Assembly: GCA_030704615.1 (NCBI GenBank)
Contig: CM060731.1
Span: 15,314,001-15,378,000, forward strand
Direction: 5' to 3'
Length of the DNA: 64,000 nt
From: Takakia lepidozioides
Lineage: Eukaryota; Plantae; Bryophyta
Below the pieces are notes generated by a model. That model had not been told where the DNA came from and searched no databases. It worked only from the letters and a program-made list of their open reading frames with translations. Position numbers and translations under genes: made by a program. Shown one piece after another: positions 34,309-48,000 of this stretch; the stretch's first letter is position 1; every line of letters starts with the position of its first letter.

Positions 34309-37300
34309 TCAATTGCATACAGCGCTCATCAATTCATCAGTATTCCCACAAGAACAAACTGCATCTTGGAAATGGTGAAAATGGTTTGCATCCCGTAAAA
34401 CAATTGCTCGCCCGACAATCTTTGAAATAAACTTCGTGGCTGTGTGGCAATCACCACACACCTCAAGGTCCTTAATGACATGGAGAGGTGTCCCAGGGGC
34501 CGTGCTAATCAGCCCAAAAGCAATGGCCAGCTTCTCACTGTGGGGGCAAAGAAAGAATTCCTTTAGCTCCTCGTCCCACTCATGCAATACAAAGCGCATG
34601 TCAGGCACATACCCTGCCTTCTTCATTTGCCCTGACAATCTTCTCAGCTCAGCATGGATTTCCTCAATCTGTGGATGCAAGTTGTCATCTACTACAAATT
34701 TGTGCACCCTGTCACCAACCTTAATGTAGGAACGACCTGAATCCTTTCTAACACCTCTGACTTTCATCATATTCATTACCTTCGCAGTATCATTCCACCG
34801 GCCAGCCGCGGCATAGATATTTGAAAGCAATACATAAGTTGAAGCATCCTGTGGATCCCATTTGAAAATAGATTTTACAGCACGCTCTCCCACCTCTACA
34901 TTGCCATAAATTCTGCAGGCACCAAGCAAGGCTTTCCACACCGCAGCATCCGGTACGATGGACATTTTGCTAATGAAGTCTTCTGCCTCATCCAATCGCC
35001 CCGCTCGACCAAGAAGGTCCACCATGCAGCCAAAGTGCTCCACTGTAGTAGTGAGGTCATGATTCTGACTCAGGGAATCAAAGTAGTGTCTGCCTTCATC
35101 CACTAGGCCCCCATGGCTGCATGCAGCAAGAACACATGTAAAGGTGATAGTGTTTGGCTTCAAGCCTTCCTTCTGCATTCCTTCAAATAGTTGCAGGGCC
35201 TCCCTACCATAACCATGCTGAGCATATCCTGCGATCATTGCACTCCATGACACCACATCTCGTTCAGCCATAGTGTCAAACACTACCTTTGCATCCTTGA
35301 TGCTACCACATTTGGCATACATGTCCACAAGAGCGTTGGCCAGAATGGTATTTGGTACAATTCCAATTTTCGCGATATCAGCATGGACCTCTTTACCCTT
35401 GTCCAGAGCTGCCAGGCTGGCACACGCATTGCAAACACAAACGAACGTGACCAAGTCAGGTTTCACCCCTTCCTGCATCATTTGCTCATACGTCTCCAAA
35501 GCCTCCATCCCACACCCATGCTGGGCATATGTTGTGATCATCGTACTCCATGACACCACATCTCTCTCAACCATATTGTCAAACACTCCCTTTGCGTCCT
35601 CCATGCTCCCACATTTGGCATACATGTTGACCAGGGTGGTGTCCAAGATAATATTTGGTACAATACCGGATTTCACGATGTCAGCATGGACATGTTTGCC
35701 CTCTTCCAGGGCTGCTAGGCGGGCACACGCATTGCAGACACACACAAACGTGACCTGGTCAGGCTTCACCTCTTCCCCCATCATTTGCTTATAGGTCTCC
35801 AAAGCCTCCATCCCACACCCGTGCTGGCCATATCCTGCAATCATCGCATTCCATGACACCACATCTCTTTCAGCCATACTATCAAACACTCCCTTCGCAT
35901 CGTCCATGCTCCCACATTTGGCATACATGTCTACAATTGTATTGTCCAGAATGATATCTGGTATAATTCCAACTTTCATGATGTCAGCATGGACCTCTTT
36001 GGCTTTTTCCAGGGCAGCCAGGCTGGCACACGCATTGCAAATGCCAATGAATGTGACTTGGTCGGGCTTCACCCTATCCTGCATCATTTTCTCATAGGTC
36101 TTCAGAGCCTCCACCCCACACCCACGCTGGGCATATCCTGCAATCATCACATTCCATGAGACCACATCTCGTTTAGCCATATTGTCAAATAGTTCCTTTG
36201 CATCATTGATGCTCCCACACTTGGCATACATGTCCACAAGGGTATTGTTCAAGTTAATATCTGGTACAATTTCAGCTTCCTTGACGTCAGCATGGATCTC
36301 TCTGGCCTTTGCCAGAGTGGCCAGGCTTGCACATGCCTTGCAAATGCAAACAAACGTGATTTGGTTGGGTTTCACCCCTTCTCGTCTCATCTGATGATAG
36401 GTCCCCAAAGCCTCCATCCCACACCCTTGCTGGGCATATCCTGCAATCATCGCATTCCATGAGACCACATCTCGTTCAGCCATATTGTCAAACACTCCAT
36501 TTGCGTCCTTGATGCTCCTGCATTTGGCATACATGTCGACGAGGGTAGTTTCCAAGATGATATTTGGCACAATTCCAGCTTTCACAATGTCAGAATGGAT
36601 GAGTTTGCCCTTCTCCAGATCTGCCAGGCTCGCACAAGCCTTGAGTATACAAACGAATGTGACTTGGTTGGGCATAACCCCTTCCTGCCTCATTTGCTTA
36701 TAGGTGTCAAATGCCTCCCTACAATATCCCTGCTTGGCATATGCTGCTATCATGATGTTCCACGTAGTCAAGCCTCGTTCAGGCATTTTGTCAAAAACTA
36801 AGCGTGCATCCACAGCGCTCCCGCACTTGGCATGCATGTTGACGAGGGTGTTGTGTAGAAAGATGTCAGGCTGGATTCCACTTTGGATGATGTGGGCATG
36901 CACCTGCTTTCCCTCGGCTAAGTCTTTCCTCTTGATGCACTCTTGCAAGAGACAAACATAAGTTTTAGAGTCTGCCAAAATGCCTCGTTGGTTCAAAATC
37001 TGTAACACTGCTTTCAGGTTTCCTGCCGTACACAGTGCCCTCACATCCCCACATATTCCAAAAGAGGCGGTTATGGCAGGGGTGCCTAACTCACATGACT
37101 GTGCTGCTGTTGCTTCGGGTTGGCCATCAACCCATAGAGGCTTCTTGTAGCTATCAATCCATAGTTGCTCATTGGCATTCTTGTTCTTGAAATCGAGTCC
37201 TCCGGTATGGATGTTTTTGGCTCGTTTGTCCAATGGATTTGAGTTTGCATACATGTCCGCAAGGGTCTGGTCCAGAGTGATATCTGGTACAATTCGACCT

Positions 37301-38048
37301 TTCCTGATGTCAACATGGACCTGTGTGCCTTTTTCCAGGTCTGCCAGACTGGCACGTGCATTGCAAACACAGAGGAGCGTGATCTGGTCAGGCTTCACTC
37401 CTTCCTGCATCTTTTGATCATAGGGCACCAAAGCCTGAATCCCACACCCATGCTGCGAATATCCTGCCATCATTGCACACCAAGAGACCAGATCTGGTTC
37501 AGTCATATTCTCAAACACTCCCATTGCGTTGGCAATGCTCCCACAGTTGGCATACATGTTGACTAAGGTAGTGTTTAGAATGACATCTGGTACAAATTCC
37601 AGATTTCGTGATCTGAGCATGGACTTCTTTGCCCTTTTCCAGGTCTGCCAGGCTCGCACAAGCCTTGAGATCACACACAGATGTGATCTGGTTGTGTATC
37701 ACGAAGGCCTCCTTATATTGCTCATTCCCCTGCCAATGAACTTGGTCCTCCTCAACTAGTCTACATAGGCCCGAAATCCGCTTGAAACTGTTTGAAGAAA
37801 CCTTAATTCAATGCGGTTCGAAAAATGCCCAGGGGCACAGTGCAGTTTTTACAGCCCACACATATTTGAAGCAGTCAGAGCAGTACCAGTCTTGCCAGCA
37901 GCGTCGCCTCGGGGACGCTTGTGAGCGCAGCCACATGTGGAGGATGTCCCGCGTACAATACGCATTGTACGCGCTGCCATGGCTGCTCATCCTCGAAATC
38001 CTACAGCCTGCGCTGCTGCTGGCGGTTTGAAGCAGGTCCCTTCGCATG
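34309..38048 (-). CDS. PLS-class PPR protein with E/DYW deaminase domain (organellar RNA-editing factor), apparently decaying
   Basis: Intronless 1121-aa ORF 34309-37674 with repeated MYAKCGS..A..VFD.M.ERDVVSWN.MI.GY motifs, E domain, HSEKLAIAFGL and CGDCH. An upstream extension from ATG 38048 has a TGA at 37808 and a +1 frameshift at ~37595. Terminal DYW is replaced by NTDELMSAVCN. Confidence 0.9.
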
Positions 38049-38821
38049 AGCGTCTCTCTCTCTCTCTCAAGCTGGTTGGCAGGGGTACCAAATTGCAAAA
38101 TGCAGGGAGATTGACTAGAGAGGGTAAAACCCTAGTAAGCCCTAAGGAAGATTGATGGCATGGAAATGAACCGATCGGACTTGTACCACCTCACCATCAA
38201 AACACACAGGAAAAACAGGCCTGTTCTTCACAGTTTGTAAGTACAAAGCAATTTCTAACTTGCCCTTGCTCCCAAAATTGTCTTAGACTTACATACAAAG
38301 AGGTTTTTTTTTTTTTTTTTTTTTTCCCTCGCTCCACATAGCATCAAACAGTGTAAAAATCCAGATAATAAGCATTTAATGTTAAGCAATTTTTCTAAGT
38401 TGTTTCTTCTCTGGACGTTCTTTTTCTTAATTTTTTTTCTGGACGTTACATCAGAATTTGCAGGGTCGGAATTTGGTGACCGGCCGTGGGCAGTCGCCGA
38501 ACGGCCAGCTGAAGCCAGTGCAATCTCGGGAGACCTGTTACATCCGGTCGTGGGGGCTGGGGACCATCTGGAGGCAGTCACGTATGGCAGCTGCAGAGGA
38601 GACAAAGCTCAACTGTGGGTCCCCCGGGTAACGGGTTGCAGTCTCCTCCTTTTCGACGCTTCCCTTGTGGATTCTCCGCTGCTTTGTCACAGACCTAGTC
38701 CAGGCATACGAGGCTGGAATCTCATCTGGAAGCGTGGGAGAAGTGTTTTTTTTGCTGTTGAAGCTGTGCAGACGACGGTGTGCAGCAGACGTTTGGGAGG
38801 GAGGGAGGGAGAACGACGAAG

Positions 38822-41800
38822 ATGGGGAGAGATGGAGGAAGGGGATGGGTATGGTTGACTGCATTGGCCTTGGTATGCACTACAGTGCTGCACGGCGTGT
38901 CGGCGTTCGATGTGCACACACTCGAAACTGGTGGGTTTGTCACTCTTCTCCTCTCTCTTTCTTTACGAACTCGTGTTTTTGTCGGGTTTCTTAGGCCTTT
39001 CGGAGGGGTAGAATTGGATGGTTTCAATATAGTACTGAGATTTCTCTTAGAGCACGAGCGGTTGCGTGGAAAGACCTGAGACTAAGCGGTTAAGTGATGT
39101 GATCGCAACTGCCACTTGACTATACTGAGTTCGTTTCCAGAAATTCACGCCATTTTCTTCAGATGTTTTGGCAATTGATTCCAATTCTACTCTCTGGGAC
39201 ATCTTCGGTCTTTTGGGGTTGAATTACTTTACTGACGTATGCTATGACGTCAACTTCCTGCCTGAAAGCGACACTTTAACAACCACTGGACCGTGTGTTC
39301 ATACCCGTTTGAAGGCAAAGATCTACCGCAGGAACATCTTACTCTTTATTATTATGCCAATTCCAGCTCTCAGGTTAAGACCCAAATGACCCTTGCCACC
39401 TGAAGGGGCTGTATGGGAATGTATATGGGCCGATTTTCCTCCCTTGGAGCGTGATAATTAAGGACGCCCCTGGATAGCAATTTTCCTTTGCGGAACAACT
39501 CCTTAAGGGCATGCCATACCCAGGGCTCACAAGGAATGGAAAACTACAGAAATGTCTCTCTCTTTATGAAAAAGCCAGCCTTGTTTTTCTTCATTCTATT
39601 GGCTAGCATATATTACCCAGCAAGTCTCACTGGGATGTTATCTACACCAGGTAAAAACTACATGGTGATATAAATTCAACCCTGGCTATCATCATTTCCT
39701 CCAGTTTCTCCATTGTTCTGAGAACGTGCACTTGAATCTCACTTCCCAGGTGCACTTTTTGAGGATGTCACTTATATGTTGGACGCAGCCATTTGCATTA
39801 GGTGAAATGGGCTAGTAACCACTGATTTCAGAGGAAAAGGAGCAGGAGTATGTCAGATGAGTATTACACTTAATGATCTGTTCAGCAAGGTGCTATGCAA
39901 TTGTTGGTTTGTCACGGCTGGGAAGATAATGTAAAGCAAATCTTGTGAGTTGTTTGATGCAGAGTGGTCCTCTTTAGAGAAGATGGAAAAAGTCCTGCAA
40001 ACAGCAATGTTCCTCCCCCTTCATTCACAGAAAACAATATTGAGAGGGATTGGAGATGCCATGGTAGGGCTTGGTGAAGGGCAATGCAATATTTTCGGAG
40101 GCCAATCCTCATGTGTTCCCATCCCCTCCGACTCTGACTATGGGAAACTATGCCCACTAGCCAACAAGAATGTGGATTGCGGATTTCAAATGGAAGCACT
40201 TGAACACATTGCCAAGGATCCTGAGACTCATTTCCGTGAGAAGCTTTCAGCAGAAGGTATGTTTTAAGAGGTGCAGCACCTGTCTTTGATATCGATTGAG
40301 TGGTTTGGAAGGATGTAATGTGGTAATGTTTTGCTTCTCAGGAATTGGAGATGTGATTTGGCTTTGCATCGTACTGTCGAAAAATAGCTCAATTGTAGAT
40401 GCATCCATTGTGAGACAGGTGATTTTACATTTTGGAATGTAGCACTAGTGCTGGAGGAAATGTACCATTTCCTCTCAAAACTTCAGAACGATTTGACAGT
40501 TTTATGTGTCAATCATTGGTGCGAAGGTGTGTGCCTTCTTGTAGTACTGGTTATTGCTGGGAGCCGTTGCTGTTCCTTTCAGTTTCCTGGGCAACTTGAA
40601 ATAATTTACCTCCTTTCCTGGCCTTTCTCAGTCCCCTTCTCTCTTTCCCTCTCTCTGTGTGCCTGTACCTCTGTTTAACAACTTTGAAAATCTTGAGGCT
40701 GAGCCAAAAGCCCAGGCCCTTTTGGGGTCTAGCTATTGGGCAAATCACACACATCAGATTGATGCTTGTGTGAAGGGATTTCTGGAGGATACCTGGAAAT
40801 CTCGGATCAACTGTTTATTCCAAGGTAAATCATACTACCGGCGTCAGCCCCTGACAAAGGTAGTTTCTGTCCCTTTATGTTCCGTTCAAACTGCGGGGTC
40901 AATGGCCACAAGGCTACGGCAAACAATGTCTTATGAGTACAATCTCTCTGTCCTTTGTTCCGCCAAAACTGGGCGTGGGGTCCGTGGCCACAAGGCTACA
41001 GCATACAATGTCTTATGAGTAAATGTCTCTGTCCTTCTCTCATCATCTTTGGAATAAGGATGAAAAGTTGGATATTTGACCCTGGGAAACAAGGCAGTGC
41101 TAAGCTTGGCTATGTTTCTCTTCCCCAGGATATCCGGAATGCAAGCAATGCTATTCAACCCTTCAGCACCTTTGGTGTGCACAAACTGTTCCAACATGTG
41201 GCACGTTTGACAGAGTCATTGATGAGATTTTGGTAGGTTCTTTTCCCCTCCTCTATATTAAAACAGATGGTCTAGTACTAGTGTTTCAATGTGCACTTTT
41301 TTGCCTAACTTGACCTAGCTAAGTGTCGAAGAACATTCATCTTTTTCTTAGTGAATCAGGTGTAGAATCTTCAATATACTTGTTTAATATGCATCTAAGA
41401 AGTGTGCTAGAGTAGGGAATGGTCCAGGCTTAAACTTGAATCCCAAATAAGTTGGCTGCTTCTGTGGGCCTGAGATGTGAGAGGTGTAGTCATGGTGATT
41501 TCCCCACATGAGGAGCTGATGTTTCTGATTTTGTCATGTGCAGCCTCTGGTAACGATGGTGGCGCTAAAGAAAGAGAAACCTTCAGTGGCGCTGCAACAG
41601 GCAGTGCCACGAATGCTGCAGGCAGCCAGTCTGGGCCTCCCTTGCAGAAAGATGTGTGAGGCTATTACTGAGACTTGTGGCTGTGGGCAGCCCACCACTT
41701 TCGGGGAGGTGACTCTCTGTTGACATCCCATTCACTAAGAGTCTCTGTGTGGGAGCGACTGTGCGCAGCGTATTCAAACAGTAGTGTTATTTTTTTGCTT

Positions 41801-42967
41801 CTGGCTCTAAGAAGACCTTGGCAACATTGACATAATTACACCTGATGTGAACTCTCTTGCCACCCTGGGGAAAGTGCAATAAAACAGCACTCCTCTGTGC
41901 TTTCATCCAACGTTAGAGATGGTGGTACAGTGGATGGAGTAGTAATGGGTTGACAACCCCCCACCCAAGTAAGAGAATTTGCATCTTGTGTAAGTAATCA
42001 GCTTATTGAGGAGTTTGTGCAAGAAAAGGTAGCCATGTCTGGAAACCTCTATCAAATCCAATCAGACGTGCGAGGCCTGCTTATTGAAAATGTGAAATGC
42101 AAAAAGTTTGATGGGTTGTAACTGTCCCACTCAACAGGTGATGACAGCTCTCCAAACTGGCAAGCATAGAGAGGCCTACAATACAAACATGTCACTGTCA
42201 ACGGCAAAGGACATATTCCAGATGGTGTGGGACAAGCCTGTTTGTGACCTGTTTGCAGAGTCAAACATGCCTGGATTTGTGGGTGTGTGCACTTTGCCTG
42301 AGTCCAGCATTAGCTGCTCTTGGTGCAAAGGAAAATCTGCCCGGCCAAAGGTTGTCCATGAGCAAGTTGTGGCGCAAATGGCCCAGACCCTGTCAGGCTT
42401 GATGCAGGTACAGTGACTCCACGCTCTTCTTGTTCCCGAGTGAGGGAATTGATACTTGTTTCCTTACAGAATAGTGCAACTGTCTACATCTGATCCAGGT
42501 ATGAGTGTGAATACATTGTCAACTCTTCTAGAAATTTGTGATTTTGTTTGGTGTGTCTACCATTTCCTCTCCTCGGCAACTGATTGGATACACAATGTAA
42601 TGAGTTCTTTGGAGGTGCTGCCTGCTATTCATTGAGATGCATTCAGTTATTTTTCTCCAGAACTCGTCCGGTGACTGACTCATCGTGGCATAAACTGCTT
42701 GGGTTTCAGGGTGGGCTGGAGAAGGTTTTGACGTCGGCAGCAGGCGACAAGGCTAAGAAAGCAGTGGCAGCTTGGAACTGGAATCAAAACGAGGCAGCCA
42801 ACAAGAAGAGACGCAGTGGTCATTCAGGGGTGGTGGTGGTACTCGTGATACTGGTGTTTGTAGCTTCGGGGGCGTTTCTGGCTGCAGTTAGGCTTCACCG
42901 CAGCGGTCATCACCCATCACAATATGTTGATCTTAATAGCATGGGATATACACCCCCTATCCTGTAG
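38822..42967 (+). CDS. Multi-exon uncharacterised cysteine-rich type-I membrane protein
   Basis: Signal peptide MGRDGGRGWVWLTALALVCTTVLHGVSA. GT-AG exons at about 39163-39373, 39963-40256, 40342-40398, 40660-40860, 41130-41233, 41544-41708, 42138-42407 and 42710-42967. C-terminal TM GVVVVLVILVFVASGAFLAAV followed by a short tail. Exon limits approximate. Confidence 0.7.
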
Positions 42968-44141
42968 GGCTCACTTTTGCTTGGTGGTAGTGGTTCTGTG
43001 GGGAAAGGAGGGGAGGGCGTTTGTGTGCCGAGCAAGTTCAATCACTCTATCTCTTATCAAGGTGAACAACAATCGAGCCTCCAAAAAAGTATACTGTGTC
43101 AATCAGGAGAGCGAATTGTACAATTCTAGGTCAAAATGGAGGGTGTGGAGAAGAGGAGGTGCAGAAAGTTGTAATAATATTCAGGGCAGAACAATTGCAT
43201 GCCATTTCAGTCTCTAAATCACTATAACTAGGTCTTCCTACCATTTCCTTTTGTAGTTATAGCTAGATCCTCCTCTGACCCTGTATACCAAAGATCTATT
43301 GTCAGTTTCTTCTTTTAAGAGAAAGCAGCATGGGATTCGGGAGAGGTGTTCCGAGTTTACAGCTATGACATGCTTTGCTTGTGCACATCGTTAGGCTTTT
43401 TTTTCACTCTTTGATTGATCTAGGTGCGTGCAAGTAGTAGCTGAACCTTCATATCATATGAACAGGCAGATACATGATGATTGAAGTAAGCTCCACTTTT
43501 GCATGTGGTGTGTCCCAAGTCGATAGCATACAGCACAAGGATGTTGGCATGTGGAACATTGGGGATGACCGTTTTAAGCCCAATGCACTAGCTGTGAAGG
43601 AGTATTTTTTTCTTTGGCAAGCTACTTGTAACTTCTCATGTGGGGTCTCGAAGGAGCAAAGAGAAGACCACAAGTTGCGTGAACGTTGTTTTCCACATAG
43701 GAGTCAATGAGCTTTTCCTACGCAACCACAAACTGAAGTGCTTATCAAAAGCAGCAGTGTGTACCACATACATTGACTTGTGAAAGTTGGCTCCAGGCAC
43801 CTAAGAGCTTGAACCATTGCCCTGGTTTGAGGCACACTGAAGAATGAGCTGTTCTTAAGAAGGTGCTTCTTGCGGTATCCAAGAAGGTCATGGTTTCCAC
43901 ACGGGCATTCACTATTCATGACCAAATCTATATGTGGGACTCTTCCAAGTTCTCATATTTTCATAGAGAGAGACTAGGAACACAGTTTCTTGAGCATAAA
44001 GGTCCAGATGAGGACGGAGAGAGAGATGACGTGAAGGCGCTATATGCATCTAATATTAGTTACACGAAATTAATTTCTTGAAATTCAAATTTCGTTGACC
44101 TGTCATCCAACCTACGGTAGAGCACATTGGGCCCGCGATAT

Positions 44142-44175
44142 ATCACCGGCCGGGTTGACCTACCCGGCCGGTGAT
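44142..44175. promoter_or_regulatory. Perfect 14-bp GC-rich inverted repeat in the putative CAP-H2 promoter
   Basis: ATCACCGGCCGGGT-TGACCT-ACCCGGCCGGTGAT, next to a TGGGCCC site-II-like motif. Confidence 0.45.
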
Positions 44176-45022
44176 CGCACGTCGTCTCTTTGCGCGCTCT
44201 TTCCTGGTTTGAGTTGTGGTCTGAGAGTTTTCATGGCAGCGTTGGTTTGGAAGATTGGAGGGAGCTCAAGGCACTGCTGAAGCTACGAAATTTTCCTGAC
44301 AACGCGTGTTTGTGAAGGAGCGATGATGCGTTGCTGTCTGTGGAAGTTATATGCTTTTTTATCTTCTGGCTGTGGAGCTTGGGAAGGTTTTGGCTCCGTT
44401 CGGATGGATATGACAGTTATCAGCTCTGAATAGAGTGTATCTCGTAAAAGCTTTGAATGATAAGCTTCAATGCAGTCCGTTCTGAACATAGAAATTAGTA
44501 TTTGGTAAACGTCAGCTTCCAAGAAGGTTTCATGTTGGTGGAGCAATGATGCTCCGCCTTGAAGCTCGCTGGTTCTAGAGTCGAAACCAACTATGAAGCA
44601 CAGGATGATTCTCACTATATCTTCTCTACTTTAATCTTCCTCTTCTAATATCCTATGGTTTCAACCTTCTCATATTTCATTTGGATCTAGATATGAATGC
44701 CATACAGAGCACCGTCCGCCATGGCAGGTCAGATAGCACAAAGCTGGGTTTACGGGGTTCTGCGTTTGTAAACTAGCTATTTTTAACAGTCCAAATGATC
44801 AGAAGAGGCAGCATGCGGTGTCTTCCAAACTAGTTGTTCCCTTGAACTTTAACTTATGCACTGAGTGTCGGTCTCGGTCTCTCTATACCCACTTTTTGGT
44901 TGCACAGCTTTGCCATGGAGGAAGAAGATATATTAGTTATTACCTGCACACCGACGTTGTGGGGAGAAGGAGCCCCGTGCACAAGAATGCTGGCAGGTAA
45001 TTGAGAGACTAAGGCCGCGATC

Positions 45023-48000
45023 ATGACAGGGACGGAAAGGGAGGTGGATGAGAGAGAATCGCGGTTTGTGCATCTGCTGCAACCAAATCGAGATCTAGCA
45101 AGCAACTGGGCTGTGGATGTGGCGCAGGCACTGGAAGGCTACTTGGCCGAGCTTTCTCTCACTTCTTTGTTTGATGATTCTGGCCACAGTGCGCTGAACT
45201 TTGCCGAAGGTACTTAAAGTGGATTTGCGGCAGCATTTCCAGACGCCATCCTCCCTTTTCTGCCTCCCATCTACTCCATGCTTCAAATGCGCGGTGCCCA
45301 ATGGCACTTCGTATGTTACTGACCGAACGTAGGGACCTGGCTAAAGATTGACCCGTAAGCCTGATTTGGCGGGCAGTGTTGGATGAACCAATGGGCTTTA
45401 TGTGTCTCTGGAGAAAATCGTGCCAGCATAGTATATGTCATGCTTCTTTATTCTCTATTTCTGTGGCTTGTTTTGACCAGCATCAGAATGTTACAGCCTT
45501 AGTGTTGAACGTTTGATGTGTGCAGCGGCACTTTTGATCCAAGGCTCAACACAGGTGTACAGCAGAAAGGTGGAATATCTGTATGCACTGGTTTTTCAGG
45601 CACTTGAGTTATTCGCCCAAAACAAGTAATACTTTCCCTCCAGCACTTGTGTTTGTGAAAGTTCATTTTCCTTTTTATCCCGATGGTTGTTGCCACAGTT
45701 TGGCAAGAGCAAGTGTAAAATCATCTCTTTGATTACCGGGTCAGATGCTGCCCAGAGACAGCTAAATCCTTGCAAAGGAATTTCTTGCTTTGAATGCTTA
45801 TACTTGCATTTGAACCAATGCTTGACACCTGCCAACACTTCAACCAACTGCCGTGGAGCATAATCCCATAGCTGCAGTAGATAGACTCTTTTGTGCTAAC
45901 TTCTTGTTGTGTTACTTCAGTTCCTTCTGAGAGGCAAGGGAGATAATGGTGAAAGAGTCAATCATTGAGGTTGGGCTGGCCACAGAAATAATGATGCTGA
46001 ACAGGGCAGGGATGGTGGCATGAAACCATGTGGCATGACAGACAAGGGCAGGCAGATGATGCAACGGCACAAGGGGGTAGTCAGGATGTGGTTGAGGAGG
46101 AGGAGGAAGAAGAACAGTTTCTCAATTTGGATGATGTTCCAGGTATGAATTTCTTTGCTCTCCTTCCAACTATTGTCGGAAGGTAACTTAATGAGCTCTT
46201 TTATAAAGCAAGTGGTCAATCCATATAGGGACAGTGAGCTACACGTAAGGTGTGCGGATTCCTCCCCTTTTAGCCAGGTGTTTCTCCCATAACATAGAAC
46301 GAATATCAAAATAGCAATGACTAATGCTGTACATGCCATACAAATTCCATGCCTTCCTTGCAAAACTTTGCAGTTTTCTCAGTTCCAGGGAGCTCTTGTG
46401 CTGATGCCACTCCTATTTTTTCCAGAGGAGCCAAGCATTGACCTGGATGTGGAGCCGAGTGGAGGGGCTTCTGCGACCCCAGCAATCAAGCGGCCCTCCA
46501 GCCTCCTTGTGGATGAGGGAGATGCAAAAGATCTATCTGGCGATACCATGGATTTGACAAAATTTCAGGTTGGTTGTGGTCTGATCGTTCAATTGGTTTT
46601 CCTCTTCTGTCCAGTGCTGAGTACTGTCTCATCTTCCTTCTGTCCTGCACATTGCATCTGGGGAGCTTATCTGTCTGCTCTCTGTCATGGGTACTTTCAC
46701 TACTTCCTTAGTGTGCACAAACTCCTAGCAGACATTGGGCAAGAGTCGGCCATGTGTATCAGCTGATCCAGCTGTGACTCCCAGATGAACAGCAAATATT
46801 AGTAACAAAATAGATATGTTTATGTATGAAAATATGTGAATGCAGATTGCCACCAGCATTATGTACAAGGGTTTCCTGCTGCTTGACCCTTGTGATGCCG
46901 ACACTGTGGATGCGTACTTGAGTACCGACGGTGGAAACACGATGGCTGGAAAGGCCACTCCATGCCCTCCCCCAACTGCATCCCACCTCAAACATCACAA
47001 TGGCATTTTACAAACACCAGGTGTCACCGTGCATGAAACAGGTGAGTGCCAGGATCTGCCTATCACAATGTATGGAATGGGTTGTATTCAAGAACCAAGG
47101 GTTGTGGAAGTAGTTTGACCAATCATGCCACACCGTCTGCTGTGGCAACCTCTTGCCAACTATGCATTTTGCTAAATAATTGGAAGCCAAGTTCGAGAAC
47201 TTGTCTTCCCTGTTTCTTATCAATACACCTCCCTTCCCAAGGTTCATTTACAGATGTGCATCCCCAAGCTATTGATCTAAGTCCAGGATGTGGGATAGAT
47301 TTGGCCTAAGCCCACTTCTAGTGCTAAAGGAAATCGCTCCTCTCTATTCTGTGTCAGAACACTGAATCTACCTGGAAAAATCCACCAGAGGTAAGAGACT
47401 GGATAGGCATATTTTCAAGGCTACAGCAATGTGGTTTACAGGAGGTGGAATGGGACCTGGCAGCACTGCAAGAGAGCATGAGTTTTGTGGACCCGAGGCG
47501 GGCGACGACGATGACTGTCAAGAAGGGGCTGGTGGTGGGGGTGTGTGGGAGGAGCCATATGTCGCAGAGGGTGCAACTGGCAGCCACCATGAGGGCTTGA
47601 GGGAAAACAACAGGGATGGAGGATTAGGTGAAAATGTAACGACTCCTCATGAAAAGCATACCCGTGAGGAAGACGAAGATTTAGACCCGTGGGCACCTTT
47701 GAATCCACATGAGCCTGGGACTCTGCCTATCAAGCCCTATCAGCGAGGTAAACAGTTCATTCAAGATTGCCAGTGAAATTGTCAACAAATACTTGAGTAT
47801 GCAATAGAACGCTGCTGATTCGAAGTTCTTCCACCCTTCATTTCGTTTCCAAGTAGTTGATGGGTAAGAGGCTTCAATTGAATGTTGTGAACAAGCAGAT
47901 GTTGAACATTATTTGACTTTATCTGCCTTGTTGGCTGGACAGGGCAGGCAACAAGGAAGCCAAAAGTGAGAAACCAACGATCTGCAGGCCACACTCTGGA

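Noticed and set aside
34436-37759. Plus-strand ORFs antisense to the PPR gene
   Set aside because: Shadow ORFs of the repetitive PPR coding strand.
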